The notes under the pieces are model-generated. The model was not told where the DNA came from and made no database searches. It was given only the letters and a program-made list of their open reading frames with translations. The position numbers were made by a program, and so were the translations under genes. From the NCBI GenBank assembly GCA_049322915.1, contig JBMOPW010000014.1, positions 1 through 64,000 of the forward strand: a stretch of DNA of 64,000 nt, written 5' to 3'. Below are positions 19,737 to 30,400 of this stretch, in pieces (position 1 is the first letter of the stretch; each line of letters starts with the position of its first letter). Origin of the DNA: Candidatus Zhuqueibacterota bacterium. Lineage in GTDB: Bacteria > Zhuqueibacterota > Zhuqueibacteria > Thermofontimicrobiales > Thermofontimicrobiaceae.

Positions 19737-22700
19737 ATGGATCATTTCGAACAAATATATCAGTCTCTCATCCAAAGAATCGCTTCGGCACGCACGAGAC
19801 AAAAAACCGTCTCTATTACCTCTGGATTTTTTGTCTCGTCAGCGATCAGTTTGATCCTGGTGCTGTTGGCAATTTTGCTGGAACATACTTTTCGATTTCC
19901 TCCCAATCAGCGTATCGTTTTTGTTTTTGCGGTGAGCATCAGCATTTTCCTGCTATGGCTCGCTAACGTTGCGCACCCAATCCTGTCACTCCTTTTTCAG
20001 AAAAGAAAACCATCGGATGCCAATCTGGCTAAAAATATCGGCGACACTTTTCACGTCATCGGCGATCGGCTTGTAAATGCGATTCAGGTATTTCAATTGA
20101 AGTCCAGAGGAGAACTGGGGCTTTCCAATGATCTCATCAATCAGTCCATCCAGGATGTCCAGGGTGCAGCAAGTGAAATCGATTTTGCCGAAGCGATTTC
20201 TCCCGCGCCGATAAAAAGATCAGCCAGATACTTCAGCGCGGCAGCCATTCTGTTCGCTTTCTCCTTCATTATTTTTTACGGCGATTTTCATCAATCCGGC
20301 ATTCGGTTGATGAATCCAACGATTGATTTCAAATCATCTGCCGGATTCGAGATAGTTGTTGCGCCGGGAAATGTGCAAGTTCTGAAAAATGAGCCCATCG
20401 AACTCCTCGCCTGGGTGAAAGGCAATATTCCGGAAAAAATGACACTGGCTTTAAGGGGTGCCCATGAGGAACAGGTCATGAATCATGAACTCCGTCCCGA
20501 TGCCGAAAATCAATTTCGCTATCAAATCGATCATGTCCAGGATTCGACTGAATACTTCTTTGAAGAGGCGGACGTGCGTTCCTCGACATATTTAATTTCT
20601 GTCGTTGAATTGCCGCTTGTGCGTTATTTGCAAATTAAAGTCACTCCGCCGCGATATTCACAATTGCCGGAAAAGCTGATGGAAGAAAATCTGGGCGATA
20701 TAAATTGTCTGAAGGGTTCTCGGATCGAGTTAAGTCTTCATTCGAATAAAGCGTTGGCTAAGGCGTGGATCCAGTTCGATGACCAAACACAGGCTCAGCT
20801 CGATGTTCGCTCCAGTCGGGCAACCGGGATATTCACAGTGATTCACGATGGCAGCTACACCATTCAGCTGATCGACCAATTTGAGATGGCAAATAAAGAT
20901 CCGATTGAATATAGGATCTCGGTTATCGACGACATTTTTCCATCAGTTGTTATTTCTTCGCCGGGCCAGGATGTTGATATCACTGAGGAAATGATGCTGC
21001 CATTGACAATAGAAGCCGAAGATGATTTCGGATTTACCCGAATGAATTTAGCCTATCAACTGATCAAACAGGACGTGGTCAATTTCGATTCATCCGTGCA
21101 TTATGTTCCCATTCAATTCGATGCTCAGAGCCATGAAAAAATCGTACAGTCTTACAATTGGAATTTATCGTCCTTTCATCTTTTTCCCGGGGACATGGTC
21201 CGCTATTATGTTGAAGTTTATGATAATGACAACATTTCCGGCCCTAAAAAAGCAAAGAGCGCAACCTATACCGCGCGATTCCCCACGCTGGAAGAAATAT
21301 TCACAGAAGTGAATTCGGAACAGGCAGAGACGTACGAAGGATTCGAGGGCGTGTATGAGAAGAGCAAAGAATTGAAGCAGAACATCGATAAAATTGTCGA
21401 GCAGGTGAAACAAAATCCTGAGATGAAATGGGAAGAGAAAAAGCAGGTCGATGAACTTGTCGAGAAGCAGAAGCAACTGGAACAATCTCTGGAAGAGGTT
21501 CAGCAAAAGCTGGATCAGATGATTGAGCGGATGGAGCGCAATGATCTTTTAGGCATGGAGACCATGCAAAAATATCAGGAACTCCAGGAATTGATGAATG
21601 AACTTTTTTCGGATGAGCTAAAAGAAGCCATTAAAAAATTGCAGGAGGCTTCCAGGAATGTGAATCCGCAGGAACTGATGCAGGCCATTGAACAGTTGAA
21701 TTTTACTCAGGAAGATTTCTTACAGAATATTGGGAAGACCCTGAATATTCTGAAGCGATTGCAGATTGAACAGAAGCTGGACGAACTTGTCAAAACCGCT
21801 GAAAACTTATTGGAGAAACAGTCCCAGCTCAACAAGACCATGGAAGAAAATGCCACACATAAACAACGGCAGGATTTGGCACAAAGTCAGGAGGAAGTGG
21901 AGAATCAAACCGGGAAAATGTTGGAGGACATGAAACAGCTCAATGAAACCATGGAAGAATTTGAGGAGATGCCGGCCGACAAATTAGAGGCCGCGATGGA
22001 GCAGATGGACAGACAGGAACTGGTAAATAAAATGCAATCAGCTCGTTCCCAACTAAAGACGGGTAAAATGCAGGATGCTCGCAACAGCGGAAAGATGGCG
22101 CAGAATGCATTGGAGGAACTATCCGATTTGTTGAAGGCAGCGAAGAGCGACCTGATTGACGCTCAGAAGCAGCAAACGATGGCCGAATTGCAACGGTTAT
22201 CGCATGACATTTTATCTCTCTCAAAGCAGCAGGAGACGTTGCTGAATCAATCAAAGAATTTGAATCGAAATAGCCCGCAGATCAATGAGGCGGCGGAACG
22301 CCAGCAGAACTTGCTGAATGCGCTGTCCCGAACAACCAACAAAATGGCAAAATTGTCTCAGAAAACATTTTTCGTAACTCAAAAATTAGGTAGGGCAATG
22401 GGCCAATCCATGCGCCAGATGGAATCTGCGTTGTCCGATATGGAGCAAAGAAACATACCACAGGCAAATGGTGCACAGCAAAAATCCATGATGAGTCTCA
22501 ATGAAGCGATAAAAGAGACTATGAATTCCATGAACAACCTGGCCAATTCCAAGTCCTCCACCGGCTTTGATGAATTTATGGAACAGCTTTCACAGATGGC
22601 AGGCAAACAACAGGGCATCAACAATCAAACCATGCAACTGGGAATGGGACAACAGATGACGATGTCTCAACAGGCATTGATGGCCAGGCTTGCGGCAGAA

Positions 22701-23123
22701 CAGACAGCGCTTCAGCGATCTTTAGAACAGATGGCCTCCGAATTTGGGGAGCAATCGAATATTTTAGGTCGACTGGATCATTTGAGCAAGGAGATGGGCG
22801 AGGTGGTCAGGGATTTACAAAGCAAAAAGGTGAGTCAGGCCACCGTCAATCGTCAGCAGCAAATTTTGCAGCGACTCCTCGATGCCCAGCGGTCTGTTCG
22901 GAAACAGGACTACAGTCGAAAGAGAAAAGCCGAAACAGCCAGGCATTATTCGGTGCGCAGTCCAGGGGCAATGGATAAAAATCTCGGGGAGAAAAACATT
23001 CAATTGCAGCGTGATCTACTGAAAGCGCTGAAAGAAGGGTATTCGAAGGATTACCAGGAACTCATTCGTAAATATTTTGAAGCGTTAATGGAAGAGTCCT
23101 TGACCGATGAAAAAAACAAGTAA
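19737..23123 (+). CDS. DUF4175-like membrane protein with Ig domains and a long Q/M/E-rich coiled coil
   Basis: N-terminal TMs, DRLVNAIQ, AEDDFG, PGDMVRYYVEVYDND, coiled coil, and C-terminal YQELIRKYFEAL. Confidence 0.8.
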   Translation: MDHFEQIYQSLIQRIASARTRQKTVSITSGFFVSSAISLILVLLAILLEHTFRFPPNQRIVFVFAVSISIFLLWLANVAHPILSLLFQKRKPSDANLAKNIGDTFHVIGDRLVNAIQVFQLKSRGELGLSNDLINQSIQDVQGAASEIDFAEAISPAPIKRSARYFSAAAILFAFSFIIFYGDFHQSGIRLMNPTIDFKSSAGFEIVVAPGNVQVLKNEPIELLAWVKGNIPEKMTLALRGAHEEQVMNHELRPDAENQFRYQIDHVQDSTEYFFEEADVRSSTYLISVVELPLVRYLQIKVTPPRYSQLPEKLMEENLGDINCLKGSRIELSLHSNKALAKAWIQFDDQTQAQLDVRSSRATGIFTVIHDGSYTIQLIDQFEMANKDPIEYRISVIDDIFPSVVISSPGQDVDITEEMMLPLTIEAEDDFGFTRMNLAYQLIKQDVVNFDSSVHYVPIQFDAQSHEKIVQSYNWNLSSFHLFPGDMVRYYVEVYDNDNISGPKKAKSATYTARFPTLEEIFTEVNSEQAETYEGFEGVYEKSKELKQNIDKIVEQVKQNPEMKWEEKKQVDELVEKQKQLEQSLEEVQQKLDQMIERMERNDLLGMETMQKYQELQELMNELFSDELKEAIKKLQEASRNVNPQELMQAIEQLNFTQEDFLQNIGKTLNILKRLQIEQKLDELVKTAENLLEKQSQLNKTMEENATHKQRQDLAQSQEEVENQTGKMLEDMKQLNETMEEFEEMPADKLEAAMEQMDRQELVNKMQSARSQLKTGKMQDARNSGKMAQNALEELSDLLKAAKSDLIDAQKQQTMAELQRLSHDILSLSKQQETLLNQSKNLNRNSPQINEAAERQQNLLNALSRTTNKMAKLSQKTFFVTQKLGRAMGQSMRQMESALSDMEQRNIPQANGAQQKSMMSLNEAIKETMNSMNNLANSKSSTGFDEFMEQLSQMAGKQQGINNQTMQLGMGQQMTMSQQALMARLAAEQTALQRSLEQMASEFGEQSNILGRLDHLSKEMGEVVRDLQSKKVSQATVNRQQQILQRLLDAQRSVRKQDYSRKRKAETARHYSVRSPGAMDKNLGEKNIQLQRDLLKALKEGYSKDYQELIRKYFEALMEESLTDEKNK

Positions 23124-24966
23124 TTCGTTTATAATACTAGCGATCCTGCTGACCACAGGAGTCATCGCTCAACAAAATTCACAAGCTCCGTCCCGAAATG
23201 AGCGATTGCTGCAACTCGCCCGGAACTATGAACAGACATCTCAGTATGGGCGAGCCCTGGAAATATATGAACGATTGTGGAAAGAGGAACCGAAAAGTGT
23301 ACCGTACTACAACGGCGTCAAACAGAATTTATTGAGGCTGAAAAATTTCAGCCAGGCATTGTCCGTGGTCAATACCATGCTTTCGATTCAACCTGATTTT
23401 AGAATCGAGGCGGATCTGGGCGATGTGCTGTTCAATATGGGAGATAAAGAAAAAGCTATTTCGATCTGGAACGGCATACTTTCGAGGGATTCAAGCAATC
23501 GGTCCGTGTATCTGGTGATCGCTGCGGCGTTTATCAACAATCACATGTACGATGAGGCGATCAGCGTGTACGAAGAAGGGCGAATCAAATTGAACGATCC
23601 AAAACAGTTTTTGCTCGAGATTGCAAATCTGCATCGGGTCAGAATGGAGCACAAAGAAGCTGTTTTGCTCTACCTTGAATTTTTAAAATTCAATCCCAAT
23701 CAGTATACGTTTATCGAATATAACATCACCAGTTTCGCCAATGAGGAGGAGGTTGCCAGAGAAATTGAGGGCATTCTACTGGAACAACTGCGCAAAGATG
23801 AAAACAATCTGGATGTGAGAAATTTATTGGCAGCATTGTACATGCGTACGTCCAACTACTCCGCGGCCCTGGAGGAGTTCAGCCTGATCGATCAATACGT
23901 TTCTACTCGCCCGAAACAGGATTTGACTAAAGTGGGTGGGGAGCTATTTCAGTTCGCACAAAACGCATTCAATGACGGCGCCTACCAGCATGCAATCCAG
24001 GCGTACACCGTCCTGCTTTCCCGCTATCCCAATTCATCCCATGTGGCGAACGCCAAATTCGGGCTGGCCAATTCGTATGAAAAATTGCAGGATTATTCTC
24101 GCGCTGAAGCCGGGTATCTGGAGATTGTTCAGCAATTCGAGCGGTCCCCTTTTGCAAAACGAAGCTATTATCAACTGGGTCTCATTCAATTGCAGCATCG
24201 CTCGAATCCAATTGAAGCTGAAAAATATTTCCGCGAAGCGATAAAAGATCCGCCATTGAAACCGTACTCAGATGAGGCGTTGCTTCGCATCAGTGAGTGT
24301 TACATTCAGCAGGGCGATTTACAAAAGGCGAAATTGTGGAATCAGAAAATCTTGAATGAGCCGCGTTCTTCGGCAGAGGCGAAACAGACTGCCATATTTA
24401 TGCTGGGGCAGGCTGCTTATTGGAGCGGTGATTTCGAAATGGCATTGCAGGAATTTTCAAAAATTCAATCTCAACCGGGTCTGGCCTCTTCAGACCCTGC
24501 AGGAGTTTATGTCAATGATGTTCTGGAATGTGCGATGTTCATTGGAGAGCACAAGGACAATCCTGAGTTTTTAAAGCTGTTTGCAACAGCAGGTTTGTAT
24601 GATGAACAAAAAAATTATCAGCAATCGCGTTTATTGTACCAGCGAATCATTGAGAACGATCGTGCAAAAGCTCTTCACGATGATGCACTGATGAAGCTGG
24701 GCGATTTGGAATTGCTGGCGCAAAATTACACTCAGGCAATCAGTGCGTACCAGCAGCTCATCGATTCATTTCCAGAGAGTTATTATTGCGATGTGGCTCA
24801 GAAAAAAATTGGCGAAGTGTACGAATATGGACTGAAGAATTTAGACAGAGCACAGCAGTCCTACGAGCTGGTTCTGACCACATATCCCGACAGTATTTTT
24901 TTGGATGAAATCAGAGCCCGCATCAGAATACTGGACGAGAAAAAAATAAGGCCTGAAGAGAATTAA
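23107..24966 (+). CDS. exported tetratricopeptide-repeat protein
   Basis: Signal peptide followed by many TPR-like repeats (YPNS, FPES and YPDS caps). Confidence 0.85.
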   Translation: MKKTSNSFIILAILLTTGVIAQQNSQAPSRNERLLQLARNYEQTSQYGRALEIYERLWKEEPKSVPYYNGVKQNLLRLKNFSQALSVVNTMLSIQPDFRIEADLGDVLFNMGDKEKAISIWNGILSRDSSNRSVYLVIAAAFINNHMYDEAISVYEEGRIKLNDPKQFLLEIANLHRVRMEHKEAVLLYLEFLKFNPNQYTFIEYNITSFANEEEVAREIEGILLEQLRKDENNLDVRNLLAALYMRTSNYSAALEEFSLIDQYVSTRPKQDLTKVGGELFQFAQNAFNDGAYQHAIQAYTVLLSRYPNSSHVANAKFGLANSYEKLQDYSRAEAGYLEIVQQFERSPFAKRSYYQLGLIQLQHRSNPIEAEKYFREAIKDPPLKPYSDEALLRISECYIQQGDLQKAKLWNQKILNEPRSSAEAKQTAIFMLGQAAYWSGDFEMALQEFSKIQSQPGLASSDPAGVYVNDVLECAMFIGEHKDNPEFLKLFATAGLYDEQKNYQQSRLLYQRIIENDRAKALHDDALMKLGDLELLAQNYTQAISAYQQLIDSFPESYYCDVAQKKIGEVYEYGLKNLDRAQQSYELVLTTYPDSIFLDEIRARIRILDEKKIRPEEN

Positions 24967-25070
24967 CCCTACTACGTCACATAGATTTATTATCGTTGTA
25001 TATTGTATTTTTGATAGATGAAAAACTCAACATATTGTGATAAATTTACTAAATGACGTTGTAGGGTTAA
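24963..25070. repeat. 108-bp element bounded by 17-bp inverted repeats
   Basis: TTAACCCTACTACGTCA (24963-24979) versus TGACGTTGTAGGGTTAA (25054-25070), one mismatch. Confidence 0.7.
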
Positions 25071-25133
25071 CTAGATTTGAATTAAGGGAACAGGAACATT
25101 AAACTTCGGTGTTTTAAACGGTGAGGCGTAGCC

Positions 25134-26405
25134 ATGCGAGTTGTTCACTTCACTCTTCTAATCGTGACATGCATAATATTACAGGTCGATGCAAGTTTCT
25201 CACAGAAAATATTAGTCAACATGGATCTGAAACAGACAGATCATCTCAAAGCCTATGGTGTGGCGTTTTGGACTCTGGAGCAAGGAATCAATGTCGAATG
25301 GCTGCTGAATTATGAGGGGGGCTCATTTTTGATCGAATACAATTCAGCAGTGGAGCGGGAATTGAGAATACGCGGAGTGAGCTATTCGATCCTCTCCGGC
25401 GCTGAAACTGCCCAGGTCTATGCAATCATTGAGCAGAACAATATGGAGGTGGTGCTGCTTGAAAAAGCGCCGGCAGTTGCCATCTATCAATCTCCGCGCG
25501 AGACGAAGTGGGATGATGCCGTCGCGTTAGCCCTTGACTATGCGGAAATTTCTCACACGAAAATATGGGACAAGGAAGTGCTCAATGGCGAACTAGATAA
25601 ATTCGATTGGCTTCATCTTCATCACGAGGATTTTACCGGGCAATATGGAAAATTTTATCGCAGCTTCCGAAATGCGCCGTGGTACGTTGAAATGGTTAAA
25701 ATCAACGAAGACATGGCCCGGGAAATGGGGTACAAAAAAGTATCGCAATTGAAGCTGGCCGTCGCGAAGATGATTCATGATTATGTGATCAAAGGCGGGT
25801 TTTTATTCTCCATGTGTTCCGGCTCTGATACGTTCGATATTGCCTTGGCCGCACAGAACACTGATATTTGTGAAGCTATGTTCGATGGAGATCCGGCGGA
25901 TCCTGCCAGCCAGAGCAAGCTGGATTTTTCCGCGACATTTGCATTTATAAATTTTAATCTTATTAAAGATCCACTGATCTATGAATTTTCCGATATTGAC
26001 ATTCCATCGAGCGATAATCCGCTATTGCGGGTGCAGAACTCGGACTATTTTACGCTGTTCGATTTCTCGGCAAAATACGATCCTGTGCCAGCCATGCTCA
26101 CTCAAAATCATGTATCCGTGGTGAAAGGATTCATGGGACAGACTACCGGATTTAAAAAACAGTTGATCAAAAAATCAGTGATACTTTTGGCCGAGTCAGA
26201 GGGAACCGACCAGGTGAAGTATTTGCATGGAAATGCCGGGAGAGGAACGTTCACCTTCTTTGGCGGGCACGATCCGGAAGATTATCAGCATTTTGTCGGC
26301 GATCCACAGACGCAACTTTCCCTGCATAAAAACTCCCCGGGATACCGGCTCATCTTAAATAATATCCTGTTTCCGGCTGCCAAGAAAAAAGAGAGAAAAA
26401 CATGA
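25134..26405 (+). CDS. conserved exported FCB-type protein with a class-I glutamine-amidotransferase-like fold (often labelled 'asparagine synthetase B')
   Basis: QTDHLKAYG, WLLNYEGGSF, DWLHLHHEDFTGQYGKF, GGFLFSMCSG, GGHDPEDY and SPGYRLILNNILFPAA motifs; signal peptide. Confidence 0.7.
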   Translation: MRVVHFTLLIVTCIILQVDASFSQKILVNMDLKQTDHLKAYGVAFWTLEQGINVEWLLNYEGGSFLIEYNSAVERELRIRGVSYSILSGAETAQVYAIIEQNNMEVVLLEKAPAVAIYQSPRETKWDDAVALALDYAEISHTKIWDKEVLNGELDKFDWLHLHHEDFTGQYGKFYRSFRNAPWYVEMVKINEDMAREMGYKKVSQLKLAVAKMIHDYVIKGGFLFSMCSGSDTFDIALAAQNTDICEAMFDGDPADPASQSKLDFSATFAFINFNLIKDPLIYEFSDIDIPSSDNPLLRVQNSDYFTLFDFSAKYDPVPAMLTQNHVSVVKGFMGQTTGFKKQLIKKSVILLAESEGTDQVKYLHGNAGRGTFTFFGGHDPEDYQHFVGDPQTQLSLHKNSPGYRLILNNILFPAAKKKERKT

Positions 26406-26803
26406 TGGCTAAACTTTTCGAATATCCTGTTCCGACAAAATCGCGCACCGAATTTGTGAAGATAGACCATTTGATTCAAAAAGCCATTGCCGAAAGTGAG
26501 ATAAAAGATGGCATGTGCTACGTTGTGGTGCCGCATACCACCGCCGCGATCACCATAAACGAAGGCGCGGATCCCAGCGTGGTTCAGGATATGCTCAAGT
26601 CATTGAATCAGGTTATTCCTTTTCAGGATAATTACCATCACATGGAAGGAAATTCAGCCGCCCACATCAAGTCAAGCCTGTTGGGGTCCTCCCTTGCTAT
26701 CATTGTCGATGATGGCCGCGCCAAACTTGGCACGTGGCAATCTGTTTTCTTCTGTGAGTTCGACGGCCCCCGGCAGAGGAAAGTATGGATTAAAATCATT
26801 TGA
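26402..26803 (+). CDS. yjbQ: YjbQ/UPF0047 family protein
   Basis: PHTTAAITINE, GNSAAHIKSSL and LGTWQSVFFCEFDGPR motifs. Confidence 0.92.
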   Translation: MMAKLFEYPVPTKSRTEFVKIDHLIQKAIAESEIKDGMCYVVVPHTTAAITINEGADPSVVQDMLKSLNQVIPFQDNYHHMEGNSAAHIKSSLLGSSLAIIVDDGRAKLGTWQSVFFCEFDGPRQRKVWIKII

Positions 26804-27471
26804 TGGACAAAACGCTTTCAACAAAAGGGTTTTAGCATGTTGACGAGCAGCCGGCGCCGGAATTGAGTGTGACACCTTCTTTGTGAGGGTTGAGTTGGAA
26901 AGGATCCTGACTGATTGACTTTGCTGTATATCTCCCACATTTTTCTTATTGATAGAAGATGGCTGACCACATTCTCTAAACATCACTTGATTTAATGGAG
27001 CCAAGTCTGCAATTTTTGATCCGAGTTGGAATCGTCCCAAACCACCACGTGAAACGCTCTGGAGCCTGCCTAAATATCTCTTGTAAAAACAGAAAAAACT
27101 TAGTATCTTAATCAGTGTGAAACGTTTTTATGTTTCAGGAGAGTACAGGGTGCATTTCTTTAATACTAAAAAAGAAAAATTCTCCTCTGAATGATCCTAC
27201 TTTATTCAGATTTTATAGGGATTTATCTTCATTTATAACGGCATAATTTTTGTTACTGATTTTAGTGATAACAATTCGCTATTTTGACGGAGCAGTTTTT
27301 AGCCGAACATTTAAATAGGATAATTGTTCTGAAACAGACTTGAAGAATAGTAAATAATTATACTTATTTTGCGCTGCTACAAAATCCTGATTCTGCATCG
27401 AACCTGTCTTAGAAGTATGAGTTTCCATTATTTATCTGCAAGCAAAACAAGTTTTAGAAGGGTGACCCATA

Positions 27472-30400
27472 ATGACATCTATCAAAGGTGCGTTGCTCCT
27501 CATTTTATTGGGGCTTTCATTCAGTTCTATCTATGGGGGGGATATCACGTCGTTCACAGTAAGCCCGGCGGATAACAAGGCTGGTGAATCGAATATTTAC
27601 ACTTTTTCGTTTACGACATCGCTGACTGGCAATGGTACAGACGTCGGCATACCTGCAACAGGAAGAATTGCTATTACATTCCCGGCCGGATTTGATGTGT
27701 CAGAGATCGAATTAGCCCAATTCACAGGAAGCAGCCTCGGTGATTTTTCGTCCATTGTCATTGCTGGCAACGAAGTGACGCTCGTTAGAGATGGCACCGG
27801 AGCAGCAATTGCCGGCAATACCGCAGTTGGATTGAAAGTCGGTGTGATCGGAAATAATACGACGGCGAATATTTACTCCGTGAACATGGAAACGCAGCGC
27901 AGTGATGAGACTATTATCGATTCCGGTACGTCGTCGCAATTCACAGTTATTCACAATTCTCTGGCGTCCTTCAGTATTGATACGATCAACAATCAAATAG
28001 CAGGCGCCGGGTTTATCATTGTCATTTATGCTCGGGATGAATACGGCAACAGGGTGAATAGCTTTTCAAATACAGCGACTCTCACAGATTTGACAGGGAC
28101 GATTTCCCCCGGCGTTACGATGAGCTTCTCCACAGGGCGCTGGAGCGGTTCTGTCATGATAACAAAGGCGCATGCGGCAAATACCATCACCGTGACCTCA
28201 GAAAACAAGGCAGGCGTCTCCAACCAGTTCGTGGTGAATCCGGGGACGCTGCATCATTTTGTTTTCGAAATGATAACAAGTCCGCAAACCGCCGGATCGC
28301 CCATCACTCTTCAAATTATTGCTAAAGACAGTCACGAAAACACAGTGACGGGGTTTGCTGGATCAGCGACTCTTTCGGACAATACCAATACGATCAACCC
28401 GATTAGCACGGGTGCATTTTCAATGGGGCAGTGGAGCGGAACTGTTACTATCACGAAGAAACAAAAAGATGTCATTATCACGGCGGCTTACAACGGCGTA
28501 TCCGATCAGACAAATCCTTTCAATGTCAATGCTTCGACGGTCGACCATTTTCAAATTCAGACAATAACCCAGCAGACGGCCGGCACGCCGTTCCACCTCG
28601 AAATTTACGCGCGCGATGTGTACAATAACCAGGTCGATCAATTCACCGAGACGGTGGATATTTCTGATTTAACCGGGACGATCTCACCTGTCATCAGTGG
28701 CGAGTTTATCGGGGGCTACTGGGCTGGCAATGTCACAGTCACAGGTATCCGAACGAACAATATCATCACCGTGGAAAGAACCGCGAATGGAACACAGAGT
28801 GGCTCTTCCAATGGATTCAATGTCGTCCACAATAGCCTGGATCATTTCACAATTGATCCGATACCGACGTCGCAGACAGCCGGAAAATCATTCAATATTT
28901 CAATGTCGGCAAGGGATGCGTATAATAACGTCGTGTCAGGTTTCTCAGGCACGGCAAGTCTCAGCGACCTGACCGGCACCATCAGCCCTGCTATTTCCGG
29001 CAACTTCGACCATGGAACGTGGTCCGGAAATGTCACGATCACGCAGAGTCAGACGTCCGATAAAATTTCAGCAACCAGTGGTAGCAAAACCGGTTCTTCA
29101 AATACCTTCAATGTTAATCCTGAAGTGGTTCATCATTATCGCTTCGAAGCAGTGGATAGTCCGAAAAACGCCGGGCAGAATTTTACCATTACAATTACTG
29201 CGGAAGATATCTACAACAATCGTGTGACCACGTTCAATAATTCAGTCGATCTCAGCGACCCCACAGGCACAATCAATCCCGCTACCAGTGGAAATTTTAG
29301 TTCCGGGCAATGGACCGGCCAGGTGGCAATCACAGAAAGCCGGAGCGATATTACTATTGCAGCAAATCGGAATGGAATTGTCGGAGAGTCCAATACGTTC
29401 AACGTCAATCCTGCTTCGCTGCATCATTTTGTGATTGCGACCGTTGGCACAAAAGCTGCTGGCGTTCCATTCACCATTACTGTGACTGCTCAGGATATTT
29501 ACAACAATCGCGCCTCTGAATTCAGCGGCACCGTGTCCATTCAGGATATTTCCGGCAGCATTTCACCTGTGAGTAGCAGCGCATTTGATATGGGACAATG
29601 GAGCGGCGACGTCACTATCGTGCAGGTGACAACTAACGACAGAATCACTGTGACCAATCTCGCCGGCGCTGAAACGGGCAATTCGAATTATTTTGATATC
29701 GTCGCCGGCAATATCGACCATTTTGATGTCTCGTCGATTGTAAGCCCCAAGACAGCAGGGAGTTCATTCACGGTGACCGTTACCGCGAAAGACGCGAACG
29801 GCGCCACGGTGACGGATTATACCGGCACTGCAAATCTGAACGATTTGACCGGCACGCTTTCACCGAAGGTAACCACAAATTTCGAGGATGGTGAATGGAG
29901 TGGGTCATTGAGCATCACAAAAAGTTATGCCAACGATAAAATCACAGTGACCGGCGCAGGAAAATCCGGAAGCTCGAACGAATTCAATGTGCAGGCAAAC
30001 ACCCTGGATCATTTTACTTTCGGAACGATCACAAGTCCTAAAACCGCTGGTACGGGATTCATCATCTCCATTGAGGCCAGAGACATGTATGAAAACCTGG
30101 TGACTTCGTTTTCCAGCGCTGTTGGATTGAATGATGATACCGGGACTATTATGCCAAAAACAACAACCAATTTTTCAGGGGGACAATGGTCGGGAAGCGT
30201 CACGATTACCAGGGCGCAGAATGATATTGATATCACAGCGAATTATAATTCAGTGAACGGGACATCCAACAAATTCAACGTGCAGGCAGGCGCGCTGAAC
30301 CGTTTTGTGATAGATAATTTGAGCACCCAACAGGCGAATGAGGCATTCTCCATCATTGTAACCGCTCAGGACAATTTCGGAAATGTTGCCAAACAATTTA

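Noticed and set aside
26672..27040. 122-aa minus-strand ORF in the yjbQ-giant gene spacer
   Set aside because: It overlaps yjbQ, has a TTG start and shows no recognisable motif.
27041..27056. CACGTGAAAC parS-like half site (another at about 39127-39136)
   Set aside because: The left arm does not match and the site is not palindromic.
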